DNA of 64,000 nucleotides from an uncultured Gammaproteobacteria bacterium. Its GTDB lineage: Bacteria > Pseudomonadota > Gammaproteobacteria > Steroidobacterales > Steroidobacteraceae. Below the pieces are notes generated by a model. It had not been told where the DNA came from, ran no database searches, and saw nothing but the letters and a program-made list of their open reading frames with translations. The stretch lies in assembly GCA_963818075.1 (NCBI GenBank), contig CAWFQX010000004.1, positions 769,830 through 833,829 of the forward strand. Reading direction: 5' to 3'. The translations under genes were made by a program, and so were the position numbers. This document shows, one piece after another, positions 45,184 to 55,405 of this stretch (the first letter of the stretch is position 1; every line of letters starts with the position of its first letter).

Positions 45184-47471
45184 GAACAACGCCGCCATCG
45201 ATCCGAGCAAACTGGGTGGTGAGGGGCCTGTTGTGGTGCTTTCTCGCTGCCGGGGCACCCGCCTGGGCGGCCGCGCCGCTGTTCGAATTTCACGCGCCCT
45301 GCATCGGCCGACGATCCCGGCGGCCGCCGCGGCCATGCGCGATCTGGCCGAGCGGCTCGTTCCCGTCTATCAGGACCCCGATCCTGACCGCTATCTCGCG
45401 AATTTGTCGGCGCTGCAAATGGCGGCGGACAATTATGCCGCCGCGGACGTATCTCGTCAGGCGCTGCGCGACCGCCGGCGGCGCTCGAACGTGCACCGGC
45501 CGGTCGGCCGCGGCGTGATCTACGACATTTACGCCTACGCGAAGGCCTTGGAGGCGGAGAATCGGGTGTCGTTCGCCGACGGCTTTACCAGGGCTTTTCA
45601 CGAAGTGGTTGGGCGCCTCGACGATCACGACGCGTACGCGGTGACCCGCTGGCTGGAGCTTTCTCCCGCCGTATTTCGCGAGGCTTTGCAGAAGGCGCTC
45701 GATCAGCAGCGCACCAACGACACGATCGGGCAAGCGGAGGCGGTGGAGCTGATCTGGAAGTATCTTGGCCTTCGATGCCTATCGAAGCTTCGGTCCCTTG
45801 GTCGGTACGCTCGAGGCCGAGGAGGATCGCCGCCGCTACACGACCGAGGACGGTGTCCTGATCGACATCGGCCGCGGGGCGAGCATTTCCGCGATGGTGG
45901 TGCGTCCGAAGGATTCATCCAAGCCGCTGCCCACGCTGCTCGAGTTCACCATCTACGATTCGAAGAACTACGCCAAGGAGTGCGCAGCCCACGGCTACGC
46001 CGGGGTGGTGGCCTACACCCGCGGAAAACACACGAATCCAGAGATCGTGGTGCCGTACCAGCACGACGGCGACGATGCGCGATGCGGTGATCAATTGGAT
46101 AGCCAAGCAGCCGTGGAGCGACGGGCGGGTGGGGATGTACGGCAACGGCTACAGCGGCTTTACCCCGTGGGCCGCCGCCAGGCGCGCTGCCGTCCGCGCT
46201 CAAGGCCATTGCCACGTCGGCTTCCAACGCGCCCGGAATCGATGTTCCCATGGGCGGCAGCATCTTCCAGAACTCCGCGTACCGGTGGTCTTCCTTCGTC
46301 ACCAACACCAAGGCGGCGGATGAGAAGTCCTACAATGACGATGCGGTGTGGCGCGCGCTCGATCAGAAGTGGTATCGAAGCGGCAGGCGCTACCGCGATT
46401 TGGGCCGCCTGTACGGCAAACCCAATCCGATTTTCCTTCGCTGGCTGAATCACCCGAGCTACGACCGGTACTGGCAGGAGATGGTGCCTTACCGCGAGCA
46501 ATTCGCGCGCATCAATATTCCGGTGCTCACGATAACCGGCTATTACGCGGGCAGCGAGCCGGGCGCTTTGTACTATTTCACCCAGCACCACCAATACAAT
46601 CCGCACGCCGACCACACGCTGCTCATCGGACCGTACGATGACAGCGTGATGCAGCGCGGCCCCCCGGCGAGGCTGCAGGGCTATGAGCTCGATTCGGCCG
46701 CACTCCTCGACCTTCGCGAACTGCGCTATCAGTGGTTCGACCATGTCTTCAAGGGGGCCGTCCATGCCGCCGCTGTTGAAGGACCGCGTCAACTACGAAG
46801 TCATGGGGGCGAACGAGTGGCGGCACGCCGCATCGCTCGATGCCATGGCCAAGACGCCGCTGCGATTCTATTTGGACGGCAGCGGTTCGGGCGACACGCA
46901 TCGGCTCACGCAGCGCAAGAGCGCACATCCGACGGCCATGCCGCAGACGATGAGCTTTACCGATCGCAGCGACGATGCGTGGATGGCGCCGGCTGATTTC
47001 ACCAGCAGAAACCTGGCAACGCACAACTCCATGATGTTCGTGAGCGAGCCGATGACGAAGCCGACGGAGTTCACCGGTCTGTTCTCCGCCCGGCTGGATT
47101 TCACGGTGAACAAGATGGACATGGATCTGAACATCATGCTGTACGAACTGCTGCCGAGCGGCGACTATATCTACCTGTTCAATCCGACTTACGAATTTCG
47201 CGCCAGCTATGCACAGGACCGCGTGCATCGTCACCTGCTGAAGGCGGGCGAGCGCCAGGAGCTGGCATTCAAGAGCGAGCGGATGACGAGCCGTCGCCTG
47301 CAGCCGGGCAGCCGCCTGGTGCTCATTTTGGGAGTCAACAAGCGACCGGATCGAGAGATCAATTACGGAACGGGGAACGATGTCAGCGAGGAGTCCATCG
47401 CCGACGGAGATGTTCCCCTGAAGATGCGGTGGTACAGCGACAGCTATATCGAGATACCGGTCCGCAGATAG
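45180..47471 (+). pseudogene. CocE/NonD (S15 X-Pro dipeptidyl-peptidase-like) hydrolase, about five frame disruptions
   Basis: A signal peptide (ORF 45180) is followed by segments in the frames of ORFs 45146, 45765, 46075, 46250 and 46683. Examples are LPTLLEFTIYD, INWIAKQPWSDGRVGMYGNGYSG, LTITGYYAGSEPGALYY and the C-terminal beta-sandwich ...RWYSDSYIEIPV. The ATG overlaps the ABC gene stop (ATGA). Confidence 0.68.
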
Positions 47472-47511
47472 CGTTGGGTGCCGGGGTGATCATTCACGCG
47501 AGGGGGTTCAA

Positions 47512-48156
47512 ATGAGCGAGGAAGTCATTTTTTATCACAATCCAATGTCGCGCGCGCGCATGGTGCACTGGATGCTGGAGGAAACCGGTGCGCCCTACCG
47601 GATCGAGCTGATCAGTTTCGACCAAGGGGACAATAAAAAGCCGGCATTTCTGGCCGTGAACCCCATGGGGAAACTACCGGCCATCGTGCACCGAGGCACG
47701 GTCGTCACCGAATGCGGAGCGATCATCACCTATCTCGCGGACGCGTTTCCCGCGGCCAAGCTTGCGCCGGCGTTTGACGATCCCGCGCGCGGGACATACC
47801 TGCGGTGGATGTTCTTTGGGCAAGGCTGCATGGACTCCGCGTTGATCGACCGGATGCTGTCGCGGCCGCCGGCGGGCAGGCCGAGCGCGCTCGGCTACGG
47901 AAACTACGAAGACGTGGTGACTGCGGTCGAGAAAGCGCTCGATCCGGGTCCGTACATTCTTGGCAACCGCTTCACTGCGGTCGACGTGTACATCGGATCA
48001 CAACTGGGCTTTGGCATGATGAGGAAGTGCCTGGAGCCGCGGCCGGCATTCCAGAACTACGTCGGTCTGATCTCGCAGCGTCCGGCCTACAAACGCGCCA
48101 ACGAGCAGAGCGACCAGCTGGCGGCGCGGGTGAGTGCTCAATCCACGATCGCTTGA
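47512..48156 (+). CDS. glutathione S-transferase family protein
   Basis: 214 aa with an N-terminal thioredoxin-like GST fold (NPMGKLPAIV...ECGAIITYL) and a helical C-domain. Confidence 0.82.
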   Translation: MSEEVIFYHNPMSRARMVHWMLEETGAPYRIELISFDQGDNKKPAFLAVNPMGKLPAIVHRGTVVTECGAIITYLADAFPAAKLAPAFDDPARGTYLRWMFFGQGCMDSALIDRMLSRPPAGRPSALGYGNYEDVVTAVEKALDPGPYILGNRFTAVDVYIGSQLGFGMMRKCLEPRPAFQNYVGLISQRPAYKRANEQSDQLAARVSAQSTIA

Positions 48157-49412
48157 TAGACATAGGCGTGCGATAAGCCGCGCACATCGGGAACGCCGCC
48201 GGCTGCGGCCGCGCCCGTGCCCGCGATTTGCTGAATCATGCCGATGACGATCAAATCGTCGGTGGGGTCGATCCAGAACCACGTGCCCGCGGCACCGCCC
48301 CAGTAGTACGTGCCCTTGCCGTAGTAGCCGCCGGCGGCAACGGCGTCGGTATACACCGCGAAGTCGAGGCCAAATCCCGCGCCCGGCGATGGGGCGGTCA
48401 TGTCCGGGGACAGTACGTTGGTGCGCATCAGTTCCACGGTGCGCGGCGAGAGCAGCCGCACGCCGTCCAGTTTGCCCCCGTTCAGCAGCATCTGGCAGAA
48501 GCGCAGGTAATCCGCCGCGGTCGATACCAAGCCGCCGCCGCCGGATGAGAGCGCAGGCCGCACTGCGAAATTGTGATTGATGGGGCCGTGCACCACTTGC
48601 AGGCGGCCGTCCGCGCCATACTCATAGAACTCGGCCAAGCGCTTGAGCTTGGCGGCCGGGACGAAGAAACCCGTGTCGACCATGTTGAGCGGCTTGAAAA
48701 TGCGCTGTTCCAGAAACTGCTCGAATGGCATGCCCGAGAGCTTTTGCACGATGTAGCCCTGAACATCCGTGGAGATGCTGTAGTGCCAGTCGCTGCCGGG
48801 CTGCGCGTTCAGCGGCAACTTGGCGAGGCGCTTGATGAGCTCGTCCAGCGTGTTGTCGATGTTGAGCAAATCCGCATCGCGCTGTAATTTGTCGACCGGC
48901 GTGTTGCTGAAGTATCCGTAAGTGAATCCGCCTGTATGCGACATCAGTTCGCGCATGGTCAGCGCATGAGTCTGCTCCTTCAATACCATATTGCCGCTCG
49001 GATCTGTGCCGTACACCTTGAGGTCGGCAAACTCGGGAACATATTTGGCGACCGGATCGTTGAGCTGCCACTTGCCCTCTTCGAACAGCATCATCATGGC
49101 GGCGCCGGTGATCGGCTTGCTCATTGAATAGATGCGGAAAATGCTGTCTTTTTGCATCGGCAGACCGGCGCCAATGTCGCGCTTTCCGGCGGCGTCGAGC
49201 TCGACCACCTTGCCGTGGCGCGCGACCAGCGTCACGACGCCGGCGAGCCGCCCCTGCTGCACGAGGCCGTTCATGCCCTCCGCGAGCCGGGCGAGACGTT
49301 CGCTCGACATGCCGACATTTTCCGGCTTGGCGGTCGGCAGGGAAGGCTGGCCGAGGGCGATTGCGGGCGGCAACGCGGTCGCGAGAGCCAGTCCAATGAG
49401 CAGTGCACGCAT
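48138..49412 (-). CDS. serine hydrolase, beta-lactamase/class-C-like family, secreted
   Basis: The start is set at the ATG at 49412 (MRALLIGLALATALPPAIALG, a signal peptide). The SxxK motif is SMSKP, and there is a YSN-like region (HYSIS). Confidence 0.85.
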   Translation of the reverse strand: MRALLIGLALATALPPAIALGQPSLPTAKPENVGMSSERLARLAEGMNGLVQQGRLAGVVTLVARHGKVVELDAAGKRDIGAGLPMQKDSIFRIYSMSKPITGAAMMMLFEEGKWQLNDPVAKYVPEFADLKVYGTDPSGNMVLKEQTHALTMRELMSHTGGFTYGYFSNTPVDKLQRDADLLNIDNTLDELIKRLAKLPLNAQPGSDWHYSISTDVQGYIVQKLSGMPFEQFLEQRIFKPLNMVDTGFFVPAAKLKRLAEFYEYGADGRLQVVHGPINHNFAVRPALSSGGGGLVSTAADYLRFCQMLLNGGKLDGVRLLSPRTVELMRTNVLSPDMTAPSPGAGFGLDFAVYTDAVAAGGYYGKGTYYWGGAAGTWFWIDPTDDLIVIGMIQQIAGTGAAAAGGVPDVRGLSHAYVYQAIVD

Positions 49413-49512
49413 CTTTGAGTTTCTCGATCGAGTTTGTTTTGCCTTGAGGGCAAATGCAGTGTGCCGGTTTTTCGCCGGCGGGAACAGGTCCAGGCAGCGG
49501 GCGCCGCTCCTG

Positions 49513-50442
49513 CTACAGCGCCGTCTTTGAAGACGGCTGCCGGACGAGCAGCCAAATCCCTGCAAGCACGAGGACGGTACCTGCCGCCGCCCAGGCGGTG
49601 AACGGCTCCTCCAGCAGCAGGACGGCCATGAGGATCGTGGACAGCGGTCCCACCGCACCGATCTGTGCCGTCGCCGCAGCGCCGATGCGTTCGATCGCCA
49701 GCATCACCATGATGACCGGCGCGAAGGTGCACGCGGTGGCGTTCAATGCGGACAGCCACAGTACTTGCGGAGCCACGGCCATGGCGCTGTACGGCCGCAT
49801 GATGAGGAACTGTGCGATGCAAATGATGCACGCCACGCTGGTCGCAAGGCCCGTGAGACGCAGCGCCCCAAGGCGCTTCACCTCTTCGCCGCTGTACGCC
49901 AGATACACCGCATAGCTGACGGCGCTGCCGAACACGAGGGTCGCTCCCAGGGGTACGTTCGCGCCCTGCAGCGTCGCTTCCCTGCCGAATACGCAGAGCA
50001 CGCCGCCGTAGCTCACCGCAAGCGCGATGATCTGGCGGCGCGTAACCCTGCGCTTGAACATCAAAACACCGAGTGCCAGCACCAGCGTCGGGCTGAGGTA
50101 GAGAATGAGCCGCTCCAAACTCGCGCTGATGTAGCGCAGCCCGGCGAAGTCGAGATAACTCGCCAAGTAATAGCCGCTGAAGCCGAGACCCATCACCGCC
50201 CTCCAGTCGCGCCAGGTGAGCGGCGGTTTCCCGAGTCCTGCCCACCATGCGAGGATCAGGAACAGCGGCAATGCGAACAGCATGCGATACATGATCAAGG
50301 TCACCGCGTCGACACCGTAGCGATAGGCCAACTTGACGATGATTGCTTTGCCGGAGAAGGCTATGGCGCCGCAGGCCGCGAGCAATAGTCCGCGCCGCCT
50401 GGCGGCCGATGCGGGGTGGGATGCTGGATGGTGTGGTTTCAT
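49513..50442 (-). CDS. DMT-superfamily (EamA-like) transporter
   Basis: 309 aa with 10 predicted TM helices in two EamA-type halves. Confidence 0.82.
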   Translation of the reverse strand: MKPHHPASHPASAARRRGLLLAACGAIAFSGKAIIVKLAYRYGVDAVTLIMYRMLFALPLFLILAWWAGLGKPPLTWRDWRAVMGLGFSGYYLASYLDFAGLRYISASLERLILYLSPTLVLALGVLMFKRRVTRRQIIALAVSYGGVLCVFGREATLQGANVPLGATLVFGSAVSYAVYLAYSGEEVKRLGALRLTGLATSVACIICIAQFLIMRPYSAMAVAPQVLWLSALNATACTFAPVIMVMLAIERIGAAATAQIGAVGPLSTILMAVLLLEEPFTAWAAAGTVLVLAGIWLLVRQPSSKTAL

Positions 50443-50494
50443 GTCGCGCGTATTCTACGGACAAGCGCCGCCGCTTCGGCGTAGGCTTCCGGCA

Positions 50495-52387
50495 ATGAGC
50501 CCACGACCGGTTCCGGTGCTCGAGTGGTCCGTAACATGCGCCGCGGTATTTCTGGCGGGTGCCGTCGGATTCATGCTGCCGAGCGTCGGCGTGCACCCGA
50601 CTCTGCCGCTGTTGGCGAGCGGCATCGCCGTCGCCGCATGCGTTCGCTGGGGAAGGCGGATGTGGCCGGCGGTACTGGCCGCCTCCATTGGCATCGATGT
50701 GTGGACGCACGCGCCCTGGGTGGCGTCGCTCAGCGTCGGCATTGGGGCGACGGCAGCCGCTTTCTTGACCGCGTGGCTGCTCGAACGCAATGGCTTCGAC
50801 ACGGGTTTCGGCCGAGCGCGGGATGTGCCGCTGTTCATCCTCGCCGCGGCCGGCGGGATGACACTCGTTCCCACGTTCGGATTGCTGGGCTATGGGCTCG
50901 CCGGTGATGCCGGCGCCACCGCGGATGTTCTGCGGTGGCTGCGCTGGTGGAGCAATACGACGGCGGGGGTACTGCTGGTCGGTCCGCTGCTGGTGGCCGT
51001 GAGCCGGCAGAGCCTCGAGCAATTCGCACAGCATTGGGCCGAGGGTGCCTTGTGGCTTCTCGGAGTTGCATTTTGCTGCGCCGGCGCACTCTTCCTCGAC
51101 CCCGCCGGTGTCGGTAGGCCGCTCGTCGTCATGTTCGCCCTGCTGCTGGTCGTCGTGGGGGCCATTCGTTTTGGCTTGGTGGTCGCGTCCTTCGGCGCCC
51201 TCGCCATTGCGGCGGGGTCTGGGCTCAGCTTTGCTTTCCGCCGCGGCATCTTCGGGCTCCTCGACGAAGTCGCGGGGCTCGCCACCATTTGGACGTTCAG
51301 CGCCGCGCTGACGGGTGTCGGCCTCATCATCACGGCCTTGCTCGCCGAGCGCGACCGCGCCGGCCTCGAACGGCTGCGGGCCGAACACCGCTATGCACAG
51401 ATATTCGACGGCAGCCCGCAACCACTGTGGGTACACGACCCCGACACGCTCGCATTTCTGCTGGTCAACGAGGCTGCGGTGCGTCAGTACGGCTGGAGCG
51501 CGGCGGAGTTGCTCACGCGAGACGTGAACATCCTCGCCTCCTCCGGAGGGCGGCGCGTCCTGCCGGAGGCGGCGCGCCACGGTGTAGATGCCGCGCCCGA
51601 GCCCTTCGAAACGCTGCATCAAACGCGCGATGGGCGCTTGCTCGCGGTCGAAGTCTGGACCCGCGCCATCGATTTGGGCGGGCGTCAGGCGGTGCTCGTG
51701 TTCGCGAGCGACGTGACCGAACGGCGTGCGCTCGGCAGCGCTCTCATCGACGCCATCGCGACCGAGCAGCGCCGTATCGGCCAGGAATTGCATGACGGCC
51801 TGGGGCAGGAACTGACCGGTCTCGCGCTGTCGGCGCGCGCCCTCGCTACGCGCGCCGAACGCGAGCGTCAGCCGATTGCAGAAGCCTTGGGCCAGCTCGC
51901 CGCGCTGGCAACGAGCTGCATTGAAGCGGCGCGCCGCATTGCGCAGGGAGTTTCGCCCCTGAGCGACGCGGACGGCAGTTTGCAGGTCGCGCTCCAGGCG
52001 CTGGCGAATCGCAGTTGCTTGGGCAGCACCGCCGTGCGATTTCGCTCGCGTCTCGACACCCCGCTCAACCTCGATCTCGAGACCCGCAATCATCTGTACC
52101 GGATCGCTCAAGAGGCAGTGCAGAACGCACTCAAGCATGCCCGCGCACGGTTCATCGAGATCGAGCTGTGGGTTCGCGAACACGGCGTGACTTTGACGAT
52201 CAGCGACGATGGCGTGGGGCTGCCCGACATTGGCTCGCCGAGCGGTGGCGGCCTGGGCATGCGCACCATGCATTTTCGCGCAGGTTCGATCGGCGGCAGG
52301 CTCGTGATCGCATCCCGAGGCGCGGGCGGTGTCTCGGTCAGCTGCGATGTCGCGCAGCCGCATCCGCCACTCTTCGGCGTAAAGTGA
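50495..52387 (+). CDS. MASE1-PAS sensor histidine kinase (HisKA_3/NarX-type)
   Basis: The start is taken at the ATG at 50495. It has a multi-TM MASE1-like N-terminus, a PAS region (YAQIFDGSPQPLWVHD...), H-box QELHDGLGQELTGL and an HATPase C-terminus. No response regulator is adjacent. Confidence 0.78.
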   Translation: MSPRPVPVLEWSVTCAAVFLAGAVGFMLPSVGVHPTLPLLASGIAVAACVRWGRRMWPAVLAASIGIDVWTHAPWVASLSVGIGATAAAFLTAWLLERNGFDTGFGRARDVPLFILAAAGGMTLVPTFGLLGYGLAGDAGATADVLRWLRWWSNTTAGVLLVGPLLVAVSRQSLEQFAQHWAEGALWLLGVAFCCAGALFLDPAGVGRPLVVMFALLLVVVGAIRFGLVVASFGALAIAAGSGLSFAFRRGIFGLLDEVAGLATIWTFSAALTGVGLIITALLAERDRAGLERLRAEHRYAQIFDGSPQPLWVHDPDTLAFLLVNEAAVRQYGWSAAELLTRDVNILASSGGRRVLPEAARHGVDAAPEPFETLHQTRDGRLLAVEVWTRAIDLGGRQAVLVFASDVTERRALGSALIDAIATEQRRIGQELHDGLGQELTGLALSARALATRAERERQPIAEALGQLAALATSCIEAARRIAQGVSPLSDADGSLQVALQALANRSCLGSTAVRFRSRLDTPLNLDLETRNHLYRIAQEAVQNALKHARARFIEIELWVREHGVTLTISDDGVGLPDIGSPSGGGLGMRTMHFRAGSIGGRLVIASRGAGGVSVSCDVAQPHPPLFGVK

Positions 52388-52477
52388 TACCTGCGGCCAT
52401 TTTTGGAACTGCCCGCGAATGGCGAAGTCTTATACAATCGATGCCATGGAATTCAACGCCGGCAGGTCTGGTGACTT

Positions 52478-53089
52478 ATGAATAAACGCCTAAGACTTCG
52501 TTCGCCCTCTTTGATTCTCTGCGGCCTGATTGCCGCAGCGGCGGCGATTTCGCCCGCCTCTGCGCAGCACGCGGGCGGCGGCCACGCTGCGGTGGGCCAT
52601 GGCGGTTTCGGCCACTACGGCGGAGGCTATCGCGGAGGTTATCGCGGCGGCTGGGGCTACGGCTGGGGTGGCTGGCGCGGCGGTTATTGGGGTCCGTGGG
52701 GTTGGGGCGGCCTCGGGTTGGGTTTGTATTTCGCCACCCTGCCGCTGTACTACTCGACTCTGTGGTGGGACGGCATTCCATATTATTACGCGGACAACAC
52801 CTATTACCGGTGGAATGGCGCAGTGAATCAATACGAAACGGTAAGTCCGCCGGCGGGGCTTGAGGCCGAGGGGCCGTCGGCGAGTGCGTCGGAGCTCATC
52901 GCGTATCCCAAGAACGGTCAGAGTCAAGATCAGCTGGGGAAGGATAAATTCGAGTGTCATCGCTGGGCCGCCGCTCAGACCGGATTCGACCCCACGCAGG
53001 CGACGGGGGCGAACGTGGCGGGCAGACGCTCGGATTACGTTCGCGCCCAGGCGGCGTGTCTCGAGGGCCGGGGATATAGCGTCAAGTAG
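52478..53089 (+). CDS. secreted Gly/Tyr/Trp/Arg/His-rich protein with a two-Cys C-terminal domain
   Basis: 203 aa. The signal peptide ends in ISPASAQ. The low-complexity region is HAGGGHAAVGHGGFGHYGGGYRGGYRGGWGYGWGGWRGGYWGPWGWGG. An aromatic block follows (YYSTLWWDGIPYYYADNTYYRW), then FECHRW...AACLEGRGYSVK. Confidence 0.55.
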   Translation: MNKRLRLRSPSLILCGLIAAAAAISPASAQHAGGGHAAVGHGGFGHYGGGYRGGYRGGWGYGWGGWRGGYWGPWGWGGLGLGLYFATLPLYYSTLWWDGIPYYYADNTYYRWNGAVNQYETVSPPAGLEAEGPSASASELIAYPKNGQSQDQLGKDKFECHRWAAAQTGFDPTQATGANVAGRRSDYVRAQAACLEGRGYSVK

Positions 53090-53236
53090 TGCCCCGGGCC
53101 GCCGGTTTTAGGGCCAAGGGTTCGACCGGCGCATCAGTTCCGATTTCTCGACAGTGATCTAGTGGCATGTCAGAATATACGGTTTTGACGCCGCCCTAGC
53201 GCGGCCCCATTGGTCACATTCTTACGGAACCTTGTT

Positions 53237-55393
53237 ATGCCCCGCACTACGCCCCTTTCCGATATCCGCAATATCGGCATCATCGCCCACGTCGACGCCG
53301 GCAAGACGACGACGACAGAGCGCATCCTGTACTACACGGGGCGCAAGCACACCATCATCGACATTCACGATACCAAGGATCTGAAGACCTCCACGACCAC
53401 CGATTATCTCGAGCAGGAACAGAAACGCGGCATCACGATTCAAAGCGCCGCCGTGTCCGCGTTCTGGCGCGACAAGAAAATCAATCTCATCGATACGCCG
53501 GGACACGTCGATTTCACCATCGAGGTGAACCGTAGCTTGCGCGTGCTGGACGGCGCCGTCGTCGTGTTCGACGGCGTCGCGGGCGTCGAGCCGCAATCGG
53601 AGACCAACTGGCGTCTGGCGGACAATTACGGCGTGCCGCGCATTTGCTACGTCAACAAGATGGACCGCAGCGGCGCCAATTTCCTGCGCTGCGTGGACAT
53701 GATCAAGAAACGTCTCGGCGCGCGCCCGCTGCCGGTGCAGATTCCGATCGGCTCGGAAGAGAATTTCAAGGGCATGGTCGATCTGGTGGAGATGAAGGCG
53801 CTGGTATGGGACTCGGATGACAAGGACGCCCAGTGGCAGAGCCTCGAGGTCACGCCTGATCTCGCGGACAAGCTGCACATCAACACGCCGAGCGATCGGA
53901 AACTCCTCGCCGATATCGGCAAGTACCGCACGGAACTGGTCGACACCTGCCTCGAGCAGGACGACGAGGCCATGGAAGCCTACCTCACGCACGGCACCGT
54001 GCCCTCGGCCGACGTGCTGCGCAAGGCGCTGCGCAAGGGCACCCTGCACTCCGCGTTCACGGTGATCCTGTGCGGCTCTTCATACAAGAACAAGGGCGTG
54101 CAGCAGGTGCTCGACGCGGTCGTCGACTACATGCCCGCCCCGACCGATGTGGCTTCGATCAAGACGGTGGACGCCGACGGCGAGCCCATCGGCGAGCGCA
54201 AATGCTCGGACGATGAGCCATTCTCAGCCCTGGCATTCAAAGTCATCAACGACATTTACGGCGCTCTCACCTTCATCCGCGTGTATTCCGGCGTGTTGAC
54301 CAAGGGCGCTTCGGTGCAGAATTCCACGCGCGGCAAGCGCGAAAAAATCGGCCGCATGGTCGAAATGTTCGCCAAGGAGGCCAATCCCGTGGAAGAAGCC
54401 CGCGCCGGCGACATCATCGCGCTGGTATCCCTGGCGGATACCGAGACCGGTGACACGTTGTGCGATGCCGCCAACCCGGTCGTTCTCGAGCGTATGCGCT
54501 TTCCGGATCCGGTCATCAGCGTATCGGTCAAGTCGAAGCTCAAAGCGGAACAGGAAAAATTCGGCGCCGCGCTCGGCAAGATGGTCCGCGCCGATCCGTC
54601 GCTGCATTTGGAGACCGACCGTGAAACCGGGCAGACCATTCTGCGCGGCATGGGCGAGCTGCACTTGGAGGTGACGCTGGACCGCATGCGCACCGAGTTC
54701 GGCGTCGAAGGCCTCATGGGAGAGCCGCAAGTCGCGTACCGCGAGACTTTCACCAAGAAGTTGACGGAACAGTACATCCACAAGAAGCAGACCGGCGGTT
54801 CCGGGCAGTTCGCCGAGGTGTGGATCGTGTTCGAGCCGCTGCCCCGCAGCACCGGATTCGAGTTCGTGGACGAGACGGTGGGCGGCTCGGTGCCGCGGGA
54901 ATTCGTGCCGTCGGTGGAAAAGGGCCTCAAGATTCAGAAGGAAGACGGCGTGCTCGCGCACTACCCGACGGTGGATTTTCGCGCGACGCTGATCGACGGC
55001 TCCTTCCACGACGTGGATTCGAACGCGCTCACCTTCGAGATCGCCGCCAAGGCCTGCTTCCGTGAGGCCATTCGCAAGGCCGGGCCGATTTTGCTGGAGC
55101 CCGTCATGAAGGTCGAGACGGTGACTCCCGGCGACTATCTCGGCGACGTGATCGGCGACATCAATCGGCGCCGCGGCGCGATTCTGGACCAGCTGGAGCG
55201 CGGCACCAACATCGCCGTCGTCGCGAACGTGCCGCTGTCGGAGATGTTCGGCTACATCGGACAGCTGCGCGGCATGACCAGCGGCCGCGCCTCCTACACC
55301 ATGGAGTTCTCGCATTACGAGCCGGTGCCGCGCAATGTCGCCGATGAGGTGATCGCCGAGGTGGCCAAGGCCAAGGCTGCGGCAGTCGGCTAG
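53237..55393 (+). CDS. fusA: elongation factor G paralog (stand-alone, outside an rpsL-rpsG-fusA-tuf context)
   Basis: 718 aa counted from the ATG at 53237. It has G1 [10 protein letters not shown]3 DTPGHVDF, G4 NKMD and domain IV tip GSFHDVDSN. Compared with E. coli EF-G as I recall it, there are about 5 extra residues in switch I and about 13 in the G' region. Confidence 0.88.
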   Translation: MPRTTPLSDIRNIGIIAHVDAGKTTTTERILYYTGRKHTIIDIHDTKDLKTSTTTDYLEQEQKRGITIQSAAVSAFWRDKKINLIDTPGHVDFTIEVNRSLRVLDGAVVVFDGVAGVEPQSETNWRLADNYGVPRICYVNKMDRSGANFLRCVDMIKKRLGARPLPVQIPIGSEENFKGMVDLVEMKALVWDSDDKDAQWQSLEVTPDLADKLHINTPSDRKLLADIGKYRTELVDTCLEQDDEAMEAYLTHGTVPSADVLRKALRKGTLHSAFTVILCGSSYKNKGVQQVLDAVVDYMPAPTDVASIKTVDADGEPIGERKCSDDEPFSALAFKVINDIYGALTFIRVYSGVLTKGASVQNSTRGKREKIGRMVEMFAKEANPVEEARAGDIIALVSLADTETGDTLCDAANPVVLERMRFPDPVISVSVKSKLKAEQEKFGAALGKMVRADPSLHLETDRETGQTILRGMGELHLEVTLDRMRTEFGVEGLMGEPQVAYRETFTKKLTEQYIHKKQTGGSGQFAEVWIVFEPLPRSTGFEFVDETVGGSVPREFVPSVEKGLKIQKEDGVLAHYPTVDFRATLIDGSFHDVDSNALTFEIAAKACFREAIRKAGPILLEPVMKVETVTPGDYLGDVIGDINRRRGAILDQLERGTNIAVVANVPLSEMFGYIGQLRGMTSGRASYTMEFSHYEPVPRNVADEVIAEVAKAKAAAVG

Positions 55394-55405
55394 CGCGGCG
55401 CGCCG

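Noticed and set aside
38865-47471. Programmed ribosomal frameshifting or transcriptional slippage as the explanation for the broken genes.
   Set aside because: There are far too many frame changes per gene, they go in both directions, and I could see no recurring slippery motif at the junctions I resolved.
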